The position numbers were made by a program, and so were the translations under genes. A DNA stretch of 64,000 nucleotides from a virus (taxonomy: Duplodnaviria > Heunggongvirae > Uroviricota > Caudoviricetes): the IMG/VR virus record IMGVR_UViG_3300021400_000025, positions 278,479 through 342,478 of that record. The stretch is one strand, 5' to 3'. The notes beneath the pieces are model-generated. The model was not told where the DNA came from. It did not search any database and saw nothing but the letters and a program-made list of their open reading frames with translations. Shown here piece after piece: positions 62,912 to 64,000 of the stretch (position 1 is the stretch's first letter; every line of letters starts with the position of its first letter).

Positions 62912-64000
62912 TCAAAACTCGGTCAAGACATTGTAATCTTCTTCCCCTTCTTCCCAATCTGTTCCATTCATGAAGTCAAATGACTGGTTCACAGTGAAGA
63001 ACTGCCTGTTCATTCCATGCCCCCATTGTCTGTTGCCGTAGAACAGCTCATCGTCTGGGATGTCCCTTTCAGAATGCCCAATCTTCACAGGCTTGTATTC
63101 CTCAAGGTTTCCCAACTGGGACACGATGCTCTTGTGCGCCTCTGAATTCAGTATTTCGTCAGCCATGCTCTTGTCAAGGGGCGTGCTGTACTGGACTACA
63201 TCTGGCAAAACCCTGTCCATCTTCGTCTTGAACGCCTTGACAACGGCGTAGTGTTGCTGGATTGTGTCAGGGAACAGAAGGTACATGCCCCAAATCCAGG
63301 AAAGCATGTAGTCGTCATGGCACTTGTCCTTCGCCGAGAACGTTATGGAATTGCTTGTGTTCTTCCTGACGAAAGTTCCCATCTCGTTCACCAACAACTC
63401 GTCTGGGATTGATATGTTGATTTCCTCTGTGGTTATCAACTCGTTCGTGAACATGCAGGCCTCAAGTTTCGTCTTGTTCTTGGACTTCACGCCATAGGTT
63501 ATCTCACCATATTTTCCTGTAGGTGAGATAGCCTGCTCGTAGAACATCCTGTACTTGGGGTACTGGTAGGTGTCAAGCATGATGTCAACGAATCCTGCGC
63601 CCACGCCGTTGTTCTCGAATATCAATGGGGGAAAGCCATACAGTTTCATGAACTCGTATGTGGCATAGCCAAAATCAACCAAGGTCGCCTTTGAACATGA
63701 CATGCGCGCAACAAGCTGAATGTTCCTCACCTCGGTGACATCCCATATGAACATCACGGAAGAGTCGTTTCCAGTTCCCTCAGAGATGTCCCCAGAGCCA
63801 GCGTAGACACGAGATGGATCAAACGGCTTCCAGAAATACGCGAAGATGTCCTTCTCAGGGTTCTTTGACAGATTCAGCTTTGCTGGCTCTGGATAGTTCT
63901 TCAAGTTCATTCTGAAATGCTCGATGTCGTCGGATGGGACAAGGGAAGCATCCCCCGCGGACTTGAACTCGCACTCGAATTCCTGCATCCACTTGTCCAT
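62912..64000 (-). CDS. Terminase large subunit (gp17-like), C-terminal nuclease domain; 5' end outside the window
   Basis: QEFECEF, GDISEGTGNDSS, FENNGVG, HDDY motifs. Confidence 0.85.
   Translation of the reverse strand: MDKWMQEFECEFKSAGDASLVPSDDIEHFRMNLKNYPEPAKLNLSKNPEKDIFAYFWKPFDPSRVYAGSGDISEGTGNDSSVMFIWDVTEVRNIQLVARMSCSKATLVDFGYATYEFMKLYGFPPLIFENNGVGAGFVDIMLDTYQYPKYRMFYEQAISPTGKYGEITYGVKSKNKTKLEACMFTNELITTEEINISIPDELLVNEMGTFVRKNTSNSITFSAKDKCHDDYMLSWIWGMYLLFPDTIQQHYAVVKAFKTKMDRVLPDVVQYSTPLDKSMADEILNSEAHKSIVSQLGNLEEYKPVKIGHSERDIPDDELFYGNRQWGHGMNRQFFTVNQSFDFMNGTDWEEGEEDYNVLTEF

Noticed and set aside
1-64000. Suppressor tRNA (CUA), release factor or aminoacyl-tRNA synthetase
   Set aside because: No cloverleaf or such protein was recognised here. 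The intergenic hairpins (e.g. 47012-47051) look like terminators. These genes may lie elsewhere in the genome.

Overview
64-kb segment of a large, lytic T4-like (myovirus/jumbo-type) bacteriophage genome of moderate GC. It encodes a terminase large subunit (C-terminal part), a probable terminase small subunit, a gp55-like late sigma factor, a gp46/SbcC ATPase, an RNase H/5'-3' exonuclease, a Dda/RecD-like helicase, a gp19-like tail tube, a gp25 baseplate wedge, gp10C-like baseplate/fibre proteins, a metacaspase, a glycosyltransferase and many small early genes. The main hidden feature is stop-codon reassignment. TAG is read as a sense codon, most likely Gln (translation table 15). By hand count, about 55 in-frame TAGs in about 18 genes join the fragmented ORFs of the supplied track into intact proteins, and real genes end in TGA or TAA. 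The TAGs are concentrated in late/structural genes and in the late sigma factor itself. Early genes behind perfect TTGACA/TTTACA-N17-TATAAT promoters are essentially TAG-free. A (G/T)GTAAATA late promoter, a family of acidic putative internal-head proteins with an N-terminal xxE|S processing motif, a 7-member tandem paralog array and a lone in-frame TGA at a Trp position were also found. No tRNA, release factor or CRISPR array was seen in this window. All calls come from reading the sequence by eye, without database searches.
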